Shown here piece after piece: positions 17,329 through 27,449 of a DNA stretch of 64,000 nt. Within the stretch, counting starts at the first letter, position 1. Every line of letters begins with the position of its first letter. A program made the translations under genes and the position numbers. The notes under the pieces were generated by a model. That model searched no databases and was not told where the DNA came from. It was given only the letters and a program-made list of their open reading frames with translations. The stretch covers positions 57,255 to 121,254 of the forward strand of contig JBJKRJ010000001.1 in assembly GCA_046704665.1 (NCBI GenBank). Reading direction: 5' to 3'. Source of the DNA: Thermoplasmata archaeon (GTDB lineage: Archaea; Thermoplasmatota; Thermoplasmata; Lutacidiplasmatales; UBA184).

Positions 17329-18691
17329 CCCCGGCCGTCGCGGCCGGGGGCTCGACGTCTACCTCTTCCCGGCGGTCGTCGGCGGGGGCCTCGGCGACAT
17401 CGAGGAAGTGCTCGCCGCCGGCCGACGGCTCGCGCGCGCCGGCTTTGAGGTGTGGCTGTTCCGCGCGCCCGGTCGATCTCTACCGAGATCGGTCGACGGC
17501 CCGTGGGATTGGCCGCGCCTCACGCGGACCGACCGGCTCCGTCCCCACGGGTCCGGGGCGCTCACGATCACCCCCTCCTGGGGAGTGAGCGCCGCGCCGG
17601 ACCGACCCGGCCGGTACGGCCGGGGAGGTCCCTGGAGCGAGGAGGCGGAGGCGATCGAACGGACGTACGGGCCGGCCCGCACCCTGCACGTGAGCCTCGA
17701 GGAGTTCGCCCGGACCCTCTCCAGCCCCCGGGAGAACCGTGAGCGTCTTCGAGAAGGCGGAGTACGCGCGCGCGACGTCGTCGCCCGCCTGCGGCAGTCC
17801 CGGAGGCGGGGCGAGGTCGCAACGTTCCGGCGCGCCTTCGTGCGGTTCCGTGCGTTCGATCGGCCGAACGTCCTCCACCTGTTCGCGACGTTCCGCCCCG
17901 ACCGCGGGTTCGCGCGCGAGTTCCCTTGGGCGGTCCAGGTCGGCCCTCTCTGGCCCGGCCGTCGTCCTCGCTGCCGATCCCGGCGGTCGCGGGACCGGCC
18001 CAGGGAGTGGGTGTGGTACGCCAGCCCCTCGACCGCGGAGCGGCTCCTGCCCGAGGTGACGCGGGGCCTCCACGGCCTCCGTCCTCCGGTCCACCTCTAC
18101 GTGCGCGCGCCCCGACCCTGGCCCGGGACCGTACCGTCCGGGCCGGTGACCCTGCGAACCCGGCCGATCCGATCCCGTACCTGGGAGGAACGGTTCCGGT
18201 CGGCGGAGGTACGGATCGTCACCGGGAGCCGCTCTCTGCTCGAGGCGATCGAGCTCGGGGGAAGGTTCCTCTACTTCAACGGGGTGCTCGGCCCGGGGAC
18301 CCGCGCCCGGCGTCACCGACCCGAGAAGCTGCTCGCGCTCCTCGAGTTCGGACGGGCCGCCGGGCTTCCCGAGGATGTGCGACGGGATCTCGCGGACTTC
18401 TCGCGTGGCCGACGCGTCGCCGAGATCGTCCGGCGGGCCGCGACGTGTGCCGGCGGATGGGACCGGTTCGAACTGCCCCGCCGTGCGGTCGCCTTCCGTC
18501 CCCCGTACGACGATGCGGGCGAGCTGATCCGCTCGCTGGCGCGGACGATGGCGCGACCCGAGGTCGACGCCCGAGCGCTCGTGGGAGAGCTGCGTCGGGT
18601 CTCGAATGACTTATCGGCCGGGGCCGCTCCGGGCGCCGATGCCGGGCGACGTCGCCAGCCCTCCCGCGGTGGCCCGCGCGATCGTCGGTAG
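17288..18691 (+). CDS. Hypothetical Arg-rich protein with weak GT-B glycosyltransferase-like termini
   Basis: N-terminus 'VYLFPAVVGGGLGDIEEVLAAGRRLARAGFEV' resembles a GT1 N-terminus; C-terminus 'IVTGSRSLLEAIELGGRFLYF' resembles a GT-B C-terminus. The middle is low-complexity. Weak call. Confidence 0.3.
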   Translation: MRYRSSPSPDPSTDPGRRGRGLDVYLFPAVVGGGLGDIEEVLAAGRRLARAGFEVWLFRAPGRSLPRSVDGPWDWPRLTRTDRLRPHGSGALTITPSWGVSAAPDRPGRYGRGGPWSEEAEAIERTYGPARTLHVSLEEFARTLSSPRENRERLREGGVRARDVVARLRQSRRRGEVATFRRAFVRFRAFDRPNVLHLFATFRPDRGFAREFPWAVQVGPLWPGRRPRCRSRRSRDRPREWVWYASPSTAERLLPEVTRGLHGLRPPVHLYVRAPRPWPGTVPSGPVTLRTRPIRSRTWEERFRSAEVRIVTGSRSLLEAIELGGRFLYFNGVLGPGTRARRHRPEKLLALLEFGRAAGLPEDVRRDLADFSRGRRVAEIVRRAATCAGGWDRFELPRRAVAFRPPYDDAGELIRSLARTMARPEVDARALVGELRRVSNDLSAGAAPGADAGRRRQPSRGGPRDRR

Positions 18692-19748
18692 CGGTCTCGG
18701 GCTGAAGCGCGGCGAGCACGTCGCGATCGTCACCTGGAACCACACGCTCGCGTGGGCCGCGGCGTGCGTCGCCGAGGCCCGGCGGGTCGGGGCCCGGCCG
18801 TTCCTGCTTCTCGAGGACGAGACGGCGTTCTGGCGGAGCCTCGACCTGGCCCCGTCGGTGCGCTCCTGGTCGGGGCTCACGTTCCCGGTCCGGGCCGCGA
18901 TCTCCCGCACCGACGCCGTCGTCTACTTTCCCGGTCCGGCGGACCGACCGCGCCTGCACGCCCTGCCCCCGTCACTCCTGACGCCGTTCCTGGGTGGGGA
19001 CGACGAGTGGCTCCGGCGGGCCCGCAGCGCACGGGTGCGCGGGGTCCGGTGTCTGCTCGGCTACGCCTCCGATGCCCAAGCCGAACATTGGGGTCTCCCC
19101 GGGGCGACGTGGCGCAGCCAATTGATCCGGGGGATCACGGATGTCGACTACGCGCAGCAGCGGAAGCTCGCGACGCGGGCGGCGCGCCTTCTCTCGCGCG
19201 GTCGCGAGCTCCGCGTCATGGCATCGAACGGGACCGACCTCCGCCTTCGCCTCACCGGTCGACGCCCCTGGGTCGACGATGGTCAGGTCGACCCGGAGGA
19301 CGTTCGGCTCGGCCGGAACCTCACGACCTCGCCCGCCGGTTCGGTCGTGGTCGCCGTGGACGAGCAGAGCGCGGAGGGGACGGTGGTCGCGAACCGGCCG
19401 AGCTTCCTTCACGGCGGCCGTGTCGAGGGCGGCCAGTGGGAGGTCGAGCACGGCCGGCTCCGCAACTACTGGTACACGGACGGGGGGGAGGCGTTCGAGT
19501 CCGAGTTCGTGAACGCCCCCCGGGGCCGGGAGACCGTGAGCCTGTTCGCCCTGGGGGTGAACCGTGCCCTCCCGCCCGGCGTCCCTCAGGCCGAGGACCA
19601 GGAGGAGGGCGCGGTGACGATCGCGATCGGAGGGAACCGCCTTTACGGAGGTCGGAACCGTTGCCGCTTCCTCTCTTGGCTCGCGGTCGGGGAGGCGACG
19701 GTCGCGGTCGATGGTCAGCCGCTCTGTGACCGCGGACGGATCCTCTGA
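18606..19748 (+). CDS. M29-family aminopeptidase (AmpS/PepS-like), tentative
   Basis: 'SNGTDLRL' and 'GRNLTTSPAGSV' match the GTDL and NLPxGEV motifs of aminopeptidase T. Size about 380 aa. Confidence 0.45.
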   Translation: MTYRPGPLRAPMPGDVASPPAVARAIVGSGLGLKRGEHVAIVTWNHTLAWAAACVAEARRVGARPFLLLEDETAFWRSLDLAPSVRSWSGLTFPVRAAISRTDAVVYFPGPADRPRLHALPPSLLTPFLGGDDEWLRRARSARVRGVRCLLGYASDAQAEHWGLPGATWRSQLIRGITDVDYAQQRKLATRAARLLSRGRELRVMASNGTDLRLRLTGRRPWVDDGQVDPEDVRLGRNLTTSPAGSVVVAVDEQSAEGTVVANRPSFLHGGRVEGGQWEVEHGRLRNYWYTDGGEAFESEFVNAPRGRETVSLFALGVNRALPPGVPQAEDQEEGAVTIAIGGNRLYGGRNRCRFLSWLAVGEATVAVDGQPLCDRGRIL

Positions 19749-20292
19749 GAGCGCCCCGGCCCCGGGGGTCGATCGCGCGTTCTTCGACCGACCGACGACG
19801 GTCGTGGCCCGGGACCTCCTCGGGCGGTTGTTCCTGGTGCGGGAGGGCGGGCCGGCCCGTTCGGTCCGGATCGTGGAGACCGAGGCCTACGTGGCCCGGG
19901 ACCCGGCGAACCATGCCTACCGCGGACCCACCCCGCGCAACCGGTCGATGTTCTTGCGTCCCGGGACGCTCTACGTCTACCGGATCCACCAGGTCGTCTG
20001 TGCGAACCTCGTGACCCGGCCCGGTGAGGCGGTCCTCCTGCGTGCCGGTGAGCCGCTCGCGCCCGGGATGGGCTCTCCCTCCGGCCCGGGACGCTTCTGC
20101 CGTTCGCTCGGGATCGACCGGTCGGATGACGGGTCCGACGTCGTGGCGAGCGCTCGCTTCCTCGTCTCTTCGGAACGAAGCGGCCGCCGCCGGGTCCGGG
20201 TCGGGCCTCGCGTCGGGATTCGGCGGGCCGTCGACCGGCCCCTCCGCTTCGCGCTCGCCGGCAGTCCGTGGGTCTCCCGTCCCCGGCTCTAG
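19711..20292 (+). CDS. mpg: DNA-3-methyladenine glycosylase (AAG/Mpg family)
   Basis: 'IVETEAYVARDPANHAYRGPTPRNRSMF...GTLYVYRIHQVVCANLV' is the AAG signature. Confidence 0.8.
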   Translation: MVSRSVTADGSSESAPAPGVDRAFFDRPTTVVARDLLGRLFLVREGGPARSVRIVETEAYVARDPANHAYRGPTPRNRSMFLRPGTLYVYRIHQVVCANLVTRPGEAVLLRAGEPLAPGMGSPSGPGRFCRSLGIDRSDDGSDVVASARFLVSSERSGRRRVRVGPRVGIRRAVDRPLRFALAGSPWVSRPRL

Positions 20293-20316
20293 GGCGAGCG
20301 CGCGAGCGTCGGGCCC

Positions 20317-20478
20317 TCAGCGAAGCTTCGCCCAGCTGTACCCGCGGCGTCGGGGGGAGGCGCCGAATCCGCACGAGGCGCAGACCCCCTTCTGACGGTG
20401 GAAGGAGTGACGCCCACACCGACGGCAGATGATGTGGACGATCTTCCCTCCGCTCCGGGACGGTGTTCCTTTTCCCAT
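20317..20478 (-). CDS. rpl37e: Ribosomal protein L37e
   Basis: '[38 protein letters not shown]' contains a C4 zinc ribbon. 'AGGAGGT' SD 7 nt upstream. The 158-aa ORF call is an upstream extension. Confidence 0.9.
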   Translation of the reverse strand: MGKGTPSRSGGKIVHIICRRCGRHSFHRQKGVCASCGFGASPRRRGYSWAKLR

Positions 20479-20489
20479 CGAGAGACCTC

Positions 20490-20702
20490 CTAAGGTGAAA
20501 TGTAGACGATCGAGTCGCCGCGGACGAGCGTCAGGCCCGAGCGCGGTGTGACCTGTCCCTGCACGACCTCCTCGGCGGCCGAAAGGACAAGGTTCAGGTG
20601 CTGGTCGTAGGCATCGAGGACCCCGCGGTAGGAGCGCCCGCCCTTCATCTCCACGAGGACGCGCTTGTGGAGGCTCTGCTGGAGGACATCGAGGGGTTTC
20701 AT
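20490..20702 (-). CDS. Sm-like archaeal protein (LSm/SmAP1)
   Basis: '[45 protein letters not shown]' carries Sm1 and Sm2 motifs. The LSm–L37e pair is conserved across archaea. Confidence 0.9.
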   Translation of the reverse strand: MKPLDVLQQSLHKRVLVEMKGGRSYRGVLDAYDQHLNLVLSAAEEVVQGQVTPRSGLTLVRGDSIVYISP

Positions 20703-21463
20703 CGCCGGGGGGCCCGGGGAGGCGAGGTTCCGCTCTTAAGAGTGGCGGGGGCGCGCGCGGCCCGGACCCGGGACTCCCGTGTCCCGGCTCCAAGGAGATC
20801 GACCAAGTCCATCCGCTCCGCGATCGGCGGCGCGGTCCGGGGAAAACCTCCGGCGAGGGCGCTCACCCGCTCGACCACGGCCGCGGGTGGCGCGTCCGCG
20901 GGCACGCGGACGCTACGGTCAGGCCATCGCTTCGAGAGCACGCGGAGATAGAACCGCCGCTCGAAGCGCGCGACAGAGCGATGGCGTGTGGCGAGCGGCT
21001 CCGGGTGCCCGATCGGGTCGCGCGCGGCGCGGTGCCGCAGCTCCGAGAACGGGAGGTCGAGATAGACGATCCCGTCCGGCCAGCCCAGCTCTCCGCGGAG
21101 CAGCCGCCGCCGCACGGCCCGGTGGACCGCCCCGAGGACGGAGGGAGGAGCCCGGCCCAGCGCGACCAGTCCCGCGGTGTACGTCAACGGCCCGAGGAAG
21201 TTGGTGTCGGCGATCACGTCCTCCCCTCGGCGGCACCATCGTCTGGCCTCGCGGTACCGACGGCCTTCCTCGTCCAGGAGCACCGATTCGATCCGGAGGA
21301 GCTCCGCGGGGGATCGGAAGTCGAGCGGCGGCGGTGACTCCAGGCGCGAAAACGCCTCGGGCATCGCGCTCCAGCCTTCGCGGTCGGCCAGGAGACGGAC
21401 AATCGTGCTCTTCCCGGCTCCGGACGGGCCCTCGAGGGCGACCAGTCGTCCGCGCACCGTCAT
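20699..21463 (-). CDS. P-loop nucleoside/nucleotide kinase-like protein
   Basis: Walker A '[12 protein letters not shown]'. Start taken at the '[12 protein letters not shown]' ATG (21463). The C-terminal ~80 aa are low-complexity. Confidence 0.45.
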   Translation of the reverse strand: MTVRGRLVALEGPSGAGKSTIVRLLADREGWSAMPEAFSRLESPPPLDFRSPAELLRIESVLLDEEGRRYREARRWCRRGEDVIADTNFLGPLTYTAGLVALGRAPPSVLGAVHRAVRRRLLRGELGWPDGIVYLDLPFSELRHRAARDPIGHPEPLATRHRSVARFERRFYLRVLSKRWPDRSVRVPADAPPAAVVERVSALAGGFPRTAPPIAERMDLVDLLGAGTRESRVRAARAPATLKSGTSPPRAPRR

Positions 21464-21638
21464 GGGCTCGACGTCGCGCGACGGGAACGTCGGCCAAAAA
21501 GGCTGCCTCGCCCTCGGACCCCTCCGATCCACCGGTCGGGGTCCCCGTACCGGCGGGGTCGATACCGACAGGGTCGATCGAGAGGGATCAAGAAGGAGGG
21601 TCTAAGGGGAGTACGACCTGTATCCCTCGGAGAGTGCC

Positions 21639-21839
21639 ATGACGCAGAAGACCAGCGAAGTGGTGGGTGTATCGACCGAGGGGTTCGCGAAGGCCGCACA
21701 GAACGCGGTCACGACGGCGGCGAAGACGGTGCGGAACCTCAAGTGGTTCCGGGTGACCGAGCTGGAGGGTCGCGTGGAGGATCAGAAGATCGCGGAGTAC
21801 CACACGACGGTCCGCATCTACTTCGACCTCGAAGACTAG
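21639..21839 (+). CDS. Dodecin (flavin-binding)
   Basis: 66 aa. 'VGVSTEGFAKAAQNAVTTAAKTVRNLKWFRVTELEGRVEDQKIAEYHTTVRIYF' is highly similar to known dodecins. Confidence 0.85.
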   Translation: MTQKTSEVVGVSTEGFAKAAQNAVTTAAKTVRNLKWFRVTELEGRVEDQKIAEYHTTVRIYFDLED

Positions 21840-21938
21840 GTCGCGGGCTCCGGAGCGTTCCCGGTCGGTGCCGCCGGCAAGGTCCCGCGGCGCACCGGGC
21901 GGCCCGGGCCCCGGCGTTCCGGCGGGTCGGCTCGTCCC

Positions 21939-22520
21939 TCACGCATGCGCCGGTCGGTCGGCCCCGGGCGCGAGGTAGACCGCGAGATCGCGGCGCCAGG
22001 TTGCCCGCAGGAACTGCCGGGCGAATCCCAACTCTTCGAGCGTCGCCCGGATCTCCTCCCGCCGGAACATGTCGGAGTAGACGAACCGACCGCCGGGACG
22101 GAGCACGCGCCGGATCTCCTTCAGTGCCTGGGGGCGACGAACGTACTCGCGGTGATGGTCCTCGACGTGATGGAGCATCAGCATCGCGAACACGGCATCG
22201 AACGCGGCGTCCGGGAAGGGGAGCGAGAGCGCGTCCGCGTGCCGGATCTCGACCGTCGGGGGAAGGAGCCCCCAGCGGCCGGTGAGGAACTCCCGGGCGG
22301 CCCGCACCTGTTCCGGGTCGAAATCGGTACCGATCAGGTGCGCCGGATGAAAGCGTTCGTGGAGCAACGCCACGAGCCCGCCTCCGCCGGAGCCGAGCTC
22401 GAGGACCGTGGCGGTGGGGGGGAGCGCGAGGTCCGGACCGAGCCCGTCGAGCACCCGCCGGGCCCGCGACGTCGTGCGCCGGTTGACCATCCAGCGCTCG
22501 AAGCGGTTCATCTCGCCCAT
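21939..22520 (-). CDS. Class I SAM-dependent methyltransferase
   Basis: Motif I 'VLELGSGGGGLV', followed by 'RVLRPGGRFVYSD'. Confidence 0.8.
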   Translation of the reverse strand: MGEMNRFERWMVNRRTTSRARRVLDGLGPDLALPPTATVLELGSGGGGLVALLHERFHPAHLIGTDFDPEQVRAAREFLTGRWGLLPPTVEIRHADALSLPFPDAAFDAVFAMLMLHHVEDHHREYVRRPQALKEIRRVLRPGGRFVYSDMFRREEIRATLEELGFARQFLRATWRRDLAVYLAPGADRPAHA

Positions 22521-22633
22521 CGTGATCCTCCGGGACCGCTACCCCCCGCCGAGCCCCGCGAGCCGCTCGCTCCTCCGCGCTTCGCAGAGGGCGTCGGCCC
22601 GGCCTCTCGCGGCGTTTTCCCCCGTTCGCCGCC

Positions 22634-22648
22634 CGCTGTAAATAGGTT
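22634..22648 (+). promoter_or_regulatory. TATA-like box 'TGTAAATAGG' about 25 nt upstream of the 22666 ATG (leaderless-type promoter)
   Basis: An isolated AT-rich octamer in a GC-rich intergenic region, at the right spacing. Inferred from position and composition only. Confidence 0.3.
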
Positions 22649-22665
22649 CGTCCCTTCCGGCCCGT

Positions 22666-23187
22666 GTGTACGGAGCCCCCCCGGTGCCGAAGGCAGCCGG
22701 CACGGCGAAGATCCTCATCCTGATCGGCCTCATTCTCCAGGGGATCGAAGTGGCGGTCCTCGTGCTCCTCGGACTGGTCGCCCTCGTCGCCCCGTTCGCG
22801 GCCCTCATCTTCCTTCCTCTCGCGATCGTCGGCATTGTCTGGGTCGTGCTGGTCTACGTCTTCTCGTACCGGCGGGTATACGATGGCGACTACGAGGGGG
22901 CGCGCACCCCCACGCTCGTCTTCGGGATCCTCAGTCTGATCACGGTCAACATCGTCTCGGGAGTGCTCTACCTCGTGGCCTACTCCGAGATCGGTTCCGC
23001 CCAGATGGAACAGGCAGCGTTGATGCGGGGCGGATACCCCGGAGCTCCCCCGGTGTGGGGCGCACCGCCCGCTTCGGCGGCCCCCCCGGGAGGCGCTGGG
23101 GCCCCGACCCGGTTCTGCCCGTTCTGCGGCCGCCCGAACCGAGCGGTGGGCCGGTTCTGCCCAGATTGCGGGGCGGCGTTCCCGTAA
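22666..23187 (+). CDS. Membrane protein (4 TM) with C-terminal zinc ribbon
   Basis: Hydrophobic helices, then a Pro/Gly-rich linker, then 'CPFCGRPNRAVGRFCPDCG'. Confidence 0.55.
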   Translation: MYGAPPVPKAAGTAKILILIGLILQGIEVAVLVLLGLVALVAPFAALIFLPLAIVGIVWVVLVYVFSYRRVYDGDYEGARTPTLVFGILSLITVNIVSGVLYLVAYSEIGSAQMEQAALMRGGYPGAPPVWGAPPASAAPPGGAGAPTRFCPFCGRPNRAVGRFCPDCGAAFP

Positions 23188-23191
23188 GGGG

Positions 23192-24511
23192 TTGGGCGGA
23201 CCCAGCGGCGCGTCCATGAGCGAAGGCCCCTCCCCGGAGTCGGTCGCCCGCCGGTTCGGGGCCCGGGTCCTCGAGGTGACGACCCTCGCCGAGATCGCCC
23301 GGGAGATCGAACGCACCGAGAGCGATCCGGAGGGGGTCGGGATCATGACGCGGAAGGGACGGATCTATCCCATCGTGCTCTCGGGGGTCTCGCTGAAGGC
23401 CGCTCCGCTGCTCAAGCAGGAGCTCCTGTCGGTCGGCGGTGACGCCGCGCACGCGCGCGGGGTCGCCGACCACTCGGTGGCAGCGACCTCCACGGTCGTG
23501 CTCGCGACGTGGGGCCAGTACCACCGGCTCCTGCCGAAGCTGCGTCGCCAGCCGTTCCGCCTGAAACAGCTCGCCGACGAGATCGACCGGGCGCTCCGCG
23601 CCTATGTGGCCCACGGTCCCCGGACGATCCGGGGCGCCCATCGCTCGTTCCCGCTGGGCGACCATCCGCGCGTGATGGGCGTGGTGAACGTCACGCCCGA
23701 CTCGTTCTCGGACGGGGGCCGCTTCCTCGATCCCAGCGCTGCGGCCGCCGAGGTCGAGCGTCAGGCGGCGGAGGGAGCGAGCGTGATCGATCTCGGGGGA
23801 GAGTCGACGCGACCGAATGCGACCCCGACCACCCCCGAGACCGAGTGGAACCGTGTCGCCCCCGTCATTTCGGCGGTGCGGGACCGGGTCGACCTCCCGA
23901 TCTCGATCGACACGCGGCATCCGGAGGTGGCCGCGAAGGCGATCGATGCGGGCGCGGACATAATCAATGACATCGAGGGGCTCCGCTCGGAGGAGATGCG
24001 ACGGGTCGTCGCGCGCTCCGGCGCGGCGGCCGTCGTAATGCACATGCGCGGGACCCCCGCGACGATGCAGGACGACCTGAGCTACGCCGACCTGCGGGGC
24101 GAGATCTACGCCGCGCTCGCCGAGGCCGCCGACCGGGCGGTGCGGGACGGGATCGCCCCCGACCGGATCCTGATCGACCCGGGCCTGGGGTTCGGCAAGT
24201 CCCCGGAACAGTCCCTCGAACTTCTGCTGCACGTCGGCGAGTTCCGCTGCCTAGGGTTCCCGATCGTCATCGGCGCCTCTCGGAAGTCGTTCCTCGGATG
24301 GGCGCTCGGGGGTCACGCCGGACCGCTCGACCGCGCCGAGGCAGGTCTTGCCGCGGCCGTCCTTGCCGCCGAGCGGGGAGTCGCGCTCGTGCGAACGCAC
24401 GACGTCGGCCCGACCGTCCGCGCGCTCAAGCTGGTCGAAGCCGGTCGGAGGTTCGCGGAAAGCCCCCCGACGACCCCCGAAGCACTGGCGGCGACCGAAC
24501 CGGACCCGTAG
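23192..24511 (+). CDS. folP: Dihydropteroate synthase with ~150-aa N-terminal extension domain
   Basis: 'VMGVVNVTPDSFSDGG...IDLGGESTRP...ISIDTRHPEVA...IINDI...LIDPGLGFGKS' is the pterin-binding DHPS fold. The N-terminal domain is unassigned. Confidence 0.8.
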   Translation: MGGPSGASMSEGPSPESVARRFGARVLEVTTLAEIAREIERTESDPEGVGIMTRKGRIYPIVLSGVSLKAAPLLKQELLSVGGDAAHARGVADHSVAATSTVVLATWGQYHRLLPKLRRQPFRLKQLADEIDRALRAYVAHGPRTIRGAHRSFPLGDHPRVMGVVNVTPDSFSDGGRFLDPSAAAAEVERQAAEGASVIDLGGESTRPNATPTTPETEWNRVAPVISAVRDRVDLPISIDTRHPEVAAKAIDAGADIINDIEGLRSEEMRRVVARSGAAAVVMHMRGTPATMQDDLSYADLRGEIYAALAEAADRAVRDGIAPDRILIDPGLGFGKSPEQSLELLLHVGEFRCLGFPIVIGASRKSFLGWALGGHAGPLDRAEAGLAAAVLAAERGVALVRTHDVGPTVRALKLVEAGRRFAESPPTTPEALAATEPDP

Positions 24512-24595
24512 TCCGAGCCTCGGTCCCCCCGGCCCGCCGGGAGTGTGGACCCCTCCGTCCGTTCGCCCGTGCGATCCGGTCCGCTCTCGGGCGAC

Positions 24596-24781
24596 CTAGC
24601 CCGGATCGCTCGAGCCCGCGTCCTCCGCGACGTCCGTTTCGAACACGAGCGAACCGACGTAGTCGCACTTCGTGCAGTGGTAGACCTGTCCGATGATGGA
24701 CCCGGCGACGAGGGTGATCCGGGAGGAACCGCAGTGTGGGCAGAGGAGGACCGTCCTACCCTTGCGGGGGCGACGACGCAT
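24596..24781 (-). CDS. Small zinc-ribbon protein (61 aa)
   Basis: 'LLCPHCGSS...[10 protein letters not shown]' carries two CxxC pairs. The ATG was located by hand. It overlaps the last 26 nt of gyrA in another frame. The rest of ORF call 24596..25018 is low-complexity. Confidence 0.45.
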   Translation of the reverse strand: MRRRPRKGRTVLLCPHCGSSRITLVAGSIIGQVYHCTKCDYVGSLVFETDVAEDAGSSDPG

Positions 24782-27449
24782 CGTCCTCCTCTTCCTCGTC
24801 GGGCTCGTCGTCCGCCGTCCCGTCGCCCTCGTCCTCTTCCTCCGGTTCTTCCGGCGGCGTGGGCTCCTTTTCGTCGGGTTCTTCCGGTGACGTGGGCTCC
24901 TCTTCCTCCGGTTCGCCCTGGGCGTCCGGAGATTCGGCCGACGGTGCCGAGCTCCCGGAGGGGGTCTCGGTCGTCTCGGCGTCGATCGATGGTTCGAGGA
25001 TGACGGCGTCGCGCACAACGTCGCCTTCGTCCAGGCGGATGATCCGGACGCCGAGCGTGTTCCGTGCCTGCGATCGGATCCCCTTCACGGCCATGCGGAT
25101 CGTGATCCCCCCCTGCGTGGTGACCAGGATCTCCGAGGCGTCGGTCGTGGGGAGCACCGCGACGACCTCGCCGTTCCGGCCACCGGTCTTGATCGTGCGG
25201 ACGCCCTTCGCCCCCCGCCGTGTGCGTCGGTAGTCGTCGGTCGGGCTGCGTTTGCCGAACCCGGTCGACGTGAGGGAGAGCAGGGTCGGAAACCGCAGGC
25301 TCACCGGCGCCATCGCGACCACCCGGTCGCCCTTCTCCGACGAGAGCCGGACCCCAATGACGCCGTGCGTCGCGCGGCCCATCGGTCGGATCTCCGAGAC
25401 GGGGAACCGGACGAGCTGGCCCGAGCGCGTGGCCAGCGTGATCTCCGTCGCGGTGTCGGTGACGAGCGCGACATCGACGAGCTCGTCGTCCTCCTCGAGG
25501 AGGATCGCCTGGATCCCGCTCGTGCGGATGTTCTGGAACTGGTCGAGCGTCGTCCGCTTCACCGTCCCCTTCCGGGTCGCGAAGCAGAGCGAGCCGTCGG
25601 TCGCGAGATCGCGCAGCGGGAGGAGCGTGCCGACCTTCTCTCCGTCCTTCAGGCGAGGGAGGAGGTTGATGACCGCCTTCCCCTTCGAGTGGCGGCTGCC
25701 CTCGGGCAGCTCGTAGGCGCGGAGACGGTAGACGCGCCCGAGGTTCGTGAAGAACAGGATGTTGTCGTGGGTGCGCGTGACGAACGTGCGGGTGACGTAG
25801 TCCTCCTCCTTCGTCTCCATCTGCACGAGGCCCCGCCCGCCCCGCCGCTGGCGTCGGTACTGGTCGAGCGGGAGTCGTTTCACGTAGCCGTCGCGGGTCA
25901 CGAGCACCACGACCTCCATGTCGGGGATCAGGTCCTCGAGAGTCCGCTCGGTGAACGCCGGCACGATCCGGGTCCGACGGGCGTCGCCGAACCGCTTCTT
26001 GAGGTCGGTGAGCTCCTCGGCGATCAGATCGTCGAGCAGCTTCGGGGAGGCGAGGATCTCGCGCAGGTGCTGGACGATGAGCTCCTTCTCGCCCTTCTCC
26101 TTCTCGACCGACTCGCGCTCGAGGGCGGTCAGCCGGGCGAGGCGCATATCGAGGATCGCCTTCGCCTGTTCGCTCGAGAGCAGGAACTTCCCCATCAGGC
26201 TGGTCTCCGCGACCTGGGCGTCCTTCGATCGCCGGATGATCCGGATCACCTCGTCGATGTGGTCGATCGCGGTGAGGAACCCCTCGAGGAGGTGGAGACG
26301 CTCCTCGGCCTTCCGGAGCTCGAACTTCGTGCGTCGTGTGAGCGTCGTCCGGCGGTGGTCGAGGTGAAGCCTCAAGAGGTCGCGGAGCGGCAGGACCCGG
26401 GGCTGGTCGTCCACGAGGCAGAGGTTGATCACGCCGAAGCTCGTCTCGAGCGGGGTGTGCTCGTAAAGCCGGTTGAGCACGATCTCGTCCGGCACGTTCT
26501 TCCGGAGCTCGAGGACGACGCTCGTGCCCTCCCGGTCCGACTCGTCCCGCAGGTCCGTGACCCCGTCGATCCGCTTGGTCTTGACGAGGTCGGCGATGAG
26601 CGTCAGCAGGACCGTCTTGTTGACCTCGTAGGGGACCTCGGTGATGACGATCTCGTCCTTCCCTCCCCGCTCGCGGATCTCGGCCGACCCCCGGAGGTGC
26701 ACCATCCCCCGACCGGTCTCGTAGGCCTCCCGGATCCCCTCGTTCGAGAGGTACCCACCGGTCGGGAAGTCCGGCCCGGGCAGGACCTTCATGATCTCGT
26801 CCAGGGTCGTTTCGGGGCTACGGAGGAGGAGAAGGAGAGCGTCCACCACCTCGCCGAGGTTGTGGGGCGGCATGTTGGTCGCCATGCCCACCGCGATGCC
26901 GGCCGACCCGTTGATGAGCAGGTTGGGGACCTTGGACGGAAGGAAGAGGGGCTGCTGCAGCGTCCCGTCGAAGTTGTCGGTCCAGTCGACCGTCTCCTTC
27001 TCGATGTCGAGGAGGATCTCCTCGGCGAGGGCCGAGAGACGTGCCTCGGTGTACCGCATCGCGGCCGGAGCGTCGCCGTCGATCGATCCGAAGTTTCCCT
27101 GTCCGTCGATCAGCGGATAGCGCAGGCTGAACGTCTGCGCCATTCGGACGAGCGCATCGTAGACCGCGATGTCCCCGTGGGGATGGTACTTGCCGAGGAC
27201 GTCGCCGACCGTGCGCGCGCTCTTGCGGTAGGGTCGGTCGTGGGTCGCCCCCGACTCCCACATCGACCACAGGATGCGTCGCTGCACCGGTTTCAGGCCG
27301 TCGCGCGCGACCGGCAGGGCCCGGCCGACGATGACGCTCATCGCGTAATCGATGTACGACCGTTCCATCTCGCCCTCGAGCGGATGGTCCCGGATCCGAT
27401 CGGCGGGAGGAGCCGGCGCCACCGGGGCCGCCGGGGGCGTCGCGCTCAC
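24756..27449 (-). CDS. gyrA: DNA gyrase subunit A
   Basis: '[30 protein letters not shown]' and the active-site region. GyrA-box 'QRRGGRG' in the CTD. Long acidic Pro/Glu-repeat C-tail. GTG start overlaps the recJ-like stop as GTGA. Confidence 0.95.
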   Translation of the reverse strand: MSATPPAAPVAPAPPADRIRDHPLEGEMERSYIDYAMSVIVGRALPVARDGLKPVQRRILWSMWESGATHDRPYRKSARTVGDVLGKYHPHGDIAVYDALVRMAQTFSLRYPLIDGQGNFGSIDGDAPAAMRYTEARLSALAEEILLDIEKETVDWTDNFDGTLQQPLFLPSKVPNLLINGSAGIAVGMATNMPPHNLGEVVDALLLLLRSPETTLDEIMKVLPGPDFPTGGYLSNEGIREAYETGRGMVHLRGSAEIRERGGKDEIVITEVPYEVNKTVLLTLIADLVKTKRIDGVTDLRDESDREGTSVVLELRKNVPDEIVLNRLYEHTPLETSFGVINLCLVDDQPRVLPLRDLLRLHLDHRRTTLTRRTKFELRKAEERLHLLEGFLTAIDHIDEVIRIIRRSKDAQVAETSLMGKFLLSSEQAKAILDMRLARLTALERESVEKEKGEKELIVQHLREILASPKLLDDLIAEELTDLKKRFGDARRTRIVPAFTERTLEDLIPDMEVVVLVTRDGYVKRLPLDQYRRQRRGGRGLVQMETKEEDYVTRTFVTRTHDNILFFTNLGRVYRLRAYELPEGSRHSKGKAVINLLPRLKDGEKVGTLLPLRDLATDGSLCFATRKGTVKRTTLDQFQNIRTSGIQAILLEEDDELVDVALVTDTATEITLATRSGQLVRFPVSEIRPMGRATHGVIGVRLSSEKGDRVVAMAPVSLRFPTLLSLTSTGFGKRSPTDDYRRTRRGAKGVRTIKTGGRNGEVVAVLPTTDASEILVTTQGGITIRMAVKGIRSQARNTLGVRIIRLDEGDVVRDAVILEPSIDAETTETPSGSSAPSAESPDAQGEPEEEEPTSPEEPDEKEPTPPEEPEEEDEGDGTADDEPDEEEEDDASSPPQG

